Of a stretch of 17,147 nucleotides of DNA, positions 15,521 through 17,147 are shown one piece after another (the first letter of the stretch is position 1; the number at the start of each line of letters is the position of its first letter). A program made the position numbers and the translations under genes. The notes below the pieces were generated by a model, which worked only from the letters and a program-made list of their open reading frames with translations, was not told the origin of the DNA and searched no databases. Source of the DNA: Chthonomonadales bacterium (lineage in GTDB: Bacteria > Armatimonadota > Chthonomonadetes > Chthonomonadales > CAJBBX01); NCBI GenBank assembly GCA_037443035.1, contig JBBIPC010000036.1, positions 1 through 17,147 of the forward strand, given 5' to 3'.

Positions 15521-16930
15521 TCAGAACGAGAGAAGCACCTGCCAGACGTACATGTTGGCGAGGGAGTCGATCTGCTCCCAGATACGGCGCACGATCTCCT
15601 CGTCCCCTTGGATGGTCCCGATTTCCTCCCGCTTCGTCTCCCATGGGATGCACACGCCGGGCGTGGTTCCAGACCACTGACGAGGCTCTGTGGCTGATGC
15701 CTTTGCGACAGGTGGAGTAAGGCTGGCATGCCCCTGGGAGTAGACGCCGTACTCCCTGGCGAAATCCGTCATAGCGCGTAGGTTGTCGGGATCCGTATCG
15801 TCCTGCATTATGGCGCTGGCGTCGAGAATGTACCCGCCTCCTTGGGCGACGCCGTCGAGGACCTTGCGGCAGTATGCGCGCACCTCCTCTTGCGAACCAT
15901 AGCTCAACAGGACATTGGGAATGCCACCGCTGAGGCAGAAGCGTTCTCCCAGCTTACGATGGACCTCGAAGATATCGCCTCGATCCACGTGGTACACGAT
16001 GCTCTGCTCGGGGAGTTCGGCGAAGCTATCGAGGTGTGCGTTCCAGTCCCCTTCAGCATAGAACAATGTCTGGAACCCGTCGCGCCATAGCTCCTCGATG
16101 ATGGGCTTGAGAGTTGGCCAGTAGTGGCTGCGGAACTGCTCAGGCGTAACGAACGGAACGCAGCCCCTGTGCATCCAGAAACCGATGGGCACCTGCTTGG
16201 ACGGGTCGGCCGATGTCCGCGCTATGTGGTGAAGGTGGGGAGCGAGCGCTTCGCATGCTTGCAGGACCTTGTCAGGCTGCTCGATGAGGTCCATGGTAAG
16301 GCCGATGTAGCCGCGCAACTTGTCGGCTAGGATGTCCAGTGGAGCTTTGAGGATGCCGGCGATAGCGGATACCGTGCCGCACTCCTCCCGGAGGCGCTGA
16401 TCCTGGGTGCCGAAGGCCATGAAGTACTGCAGCATCGCCATGCCACCCTTGAGGAACGAGAGGTTGTTCCGAGCTGTGACAGGCGCGCCCATGGGAACAA
16501 TGTCTGCGGAGACGCGAGGCAGCCATGTTTCCAACAGAAAACCGGTTGGATCAGCGATAAGCGCGTCGTACTCGTCGGAGCGCATAAAGGCTCGCTCCGG
16601 TGGAGGCTCCCGGTATTGGAAGCCAGTATTGGGAGGCAAGTCCACACCCGGCACTCCGTAGTAGGTAAGGCCGATGGCCTGGGTCAAGCCCGTCCATACG
16701 TAGACCATGTTGGCCACTACAGCGTCCCAATCGTAGTCGGTGGCGCACTTGCGGACGGCTTCGAACGCTAGTTCGTAGTCGTGGGTGACCTGCTGGGCGG
16801 TCATGCCGGCATAGCGGGCCGTGAACTCAGCCACGAAGGGTCGGATCGGCACGGCATCGGGCATACCGTTGCGCATGGCTGTCGTATAACGAGCCAGGCG
16901 CGTCTGATAAAGTTGCTCCGTATCTGGCAT
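15521..16930 (-). CDS. Uroporphyrinogen decarboxylase (URO-D) superfamily protein, probably a substrate:corrinoid methyltransferase
   Basis: GGAGG RBS upstream. Motifs PDAVPI, MRSDEYD, APLDILADKLRG, DLIEQPDKV, MHRG, YWPTLK, LFYAEG, CLSGG and GGGYIL. The HemE N-terminal RQAGR motif is absent, so this is not true HemE. Confidence 0.8.
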   Translation of the reverse strand: MPDTEQLYQTRLARYTTAMRNGMPDAVPIRPFVAEFTARYAGMTAQQVTHDYELAFEAVRKCATDYDWDAVVANMVYVWTGLTQAIGLTYYGVPGVDLPPNTGFQYREPPPERAFMRSDEYDALIADPTGFLLETWLPRVSADIVPMGAPVTARNNLSFLKGGMAMLQYFMAFGTQDQRLREECGTVSAIAGILKAPLDILADKLRGYIGLTMDLIEQPDKVLQACEALAPHLHHIARTSADPSKQVPIGFWMHRGCVPFVTPEQFRSHYWPTLKPIIEELWRDGFQTLFYAEGDWNAHLDSFAELPEQSIVYHVDRGDIFEVHRKLGERFCLSGGIPNVLLSYGSQEEVRAYCRKVLDGVAQGGGYILDASAIMQDDTDPDNLRAMTDFAREYGVYSQGHASLTPPVAKASATEPRQWSGTTPGVCIPWETKREEIGTIQGDEEIVRRIWEQIDSLANMYVWQVLLSF

Positions 16931-16999
16931 GGAGGATGCACCTCCCCGGTGAGAGATCAGGAGGTGGTTCGACGTTAGCGCACGGTCATCCTGCCGTGG

Positions 17000-17146
17000 C
17001 TAGCGGACGAACTCCAGCTCCCAGCGAGATATGCCGTGCAGGAACAGCCTGGCCCGCTGTCCTGCTGCCTTGTCCGTGCCTCCTCTGTCCAGCCCCACAA
17101 CCTGGGGGTCCCAACCAGGCAGGTAGGGAGGGGCCAGGAGCTTCCC
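17000..17146 (-). CDS. 3' end of an unidentified protein entering from the right edge
   Basis: Open frame GKLLAPPYLPGWDPQVVGLDRGGTDKAAGQRARLFLHGISRWELEFVR ends at TAG (17002-17000), 69 nt before the next same-strand gene. Codon usage is host-like. Confidence 0.55.
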   Translation of the reverse strand, partial: GKLLAPPYLPGWDPQVVGLDRGGTDKAAGQRARLFLHGISRWELEFVR

Positions 17147-17147
17147 T

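Noticed and set aside
15521..16930. Gene symbol hemE
   Set aside because: It lacks the RQAGR substrate-binding motif and is much longer than typical HemE.

Overview
GC-rich bacterial window with five parts. (1) The left edge holds the 5' end of a minus-strand gene whose N-terminus (YEHRDKERVNNPPVG) resembles type III R-M Mod DNA methyltransferases. Upstream lie a ~380 bp array of eight poly-C/poly-G hairpin units (order A-B-A-A-A-A-B-A) and a helical-repeat hypothetical gene on the same strand. (2) A + strand glycan-degradation cluster encodes a GH116 glycosidase with an extra N-terminal module, a heparinase II/III-like lyase with a CxxC-x21-CxxC insert, and a NAGPA/DUF2233 phosphodiester glycosidase. 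(3) A small accessory block has an in-frame DUF123 (GIY-YIG)-GNAT fusion, divergent from a HEPN-MNT toxin-antitoxin pair whose HEPN lacks the catalytic His (RYLTARTY). (4) A GldA/GldF/GldG-like ABC transporter operon is followed by a DUF4340 gene. (5) A minus-strand URO-D-superfamily (probable corrinoid methyltransferase) gene and the 3' end of one more gene close the window. All family calls come from motifs recognised by eye; no database search was run. The best candidates for something new are the hairpin array upstream of the methyltransferase and the GIY-YIG-GNAT / degenerate HEPN-MNT block.
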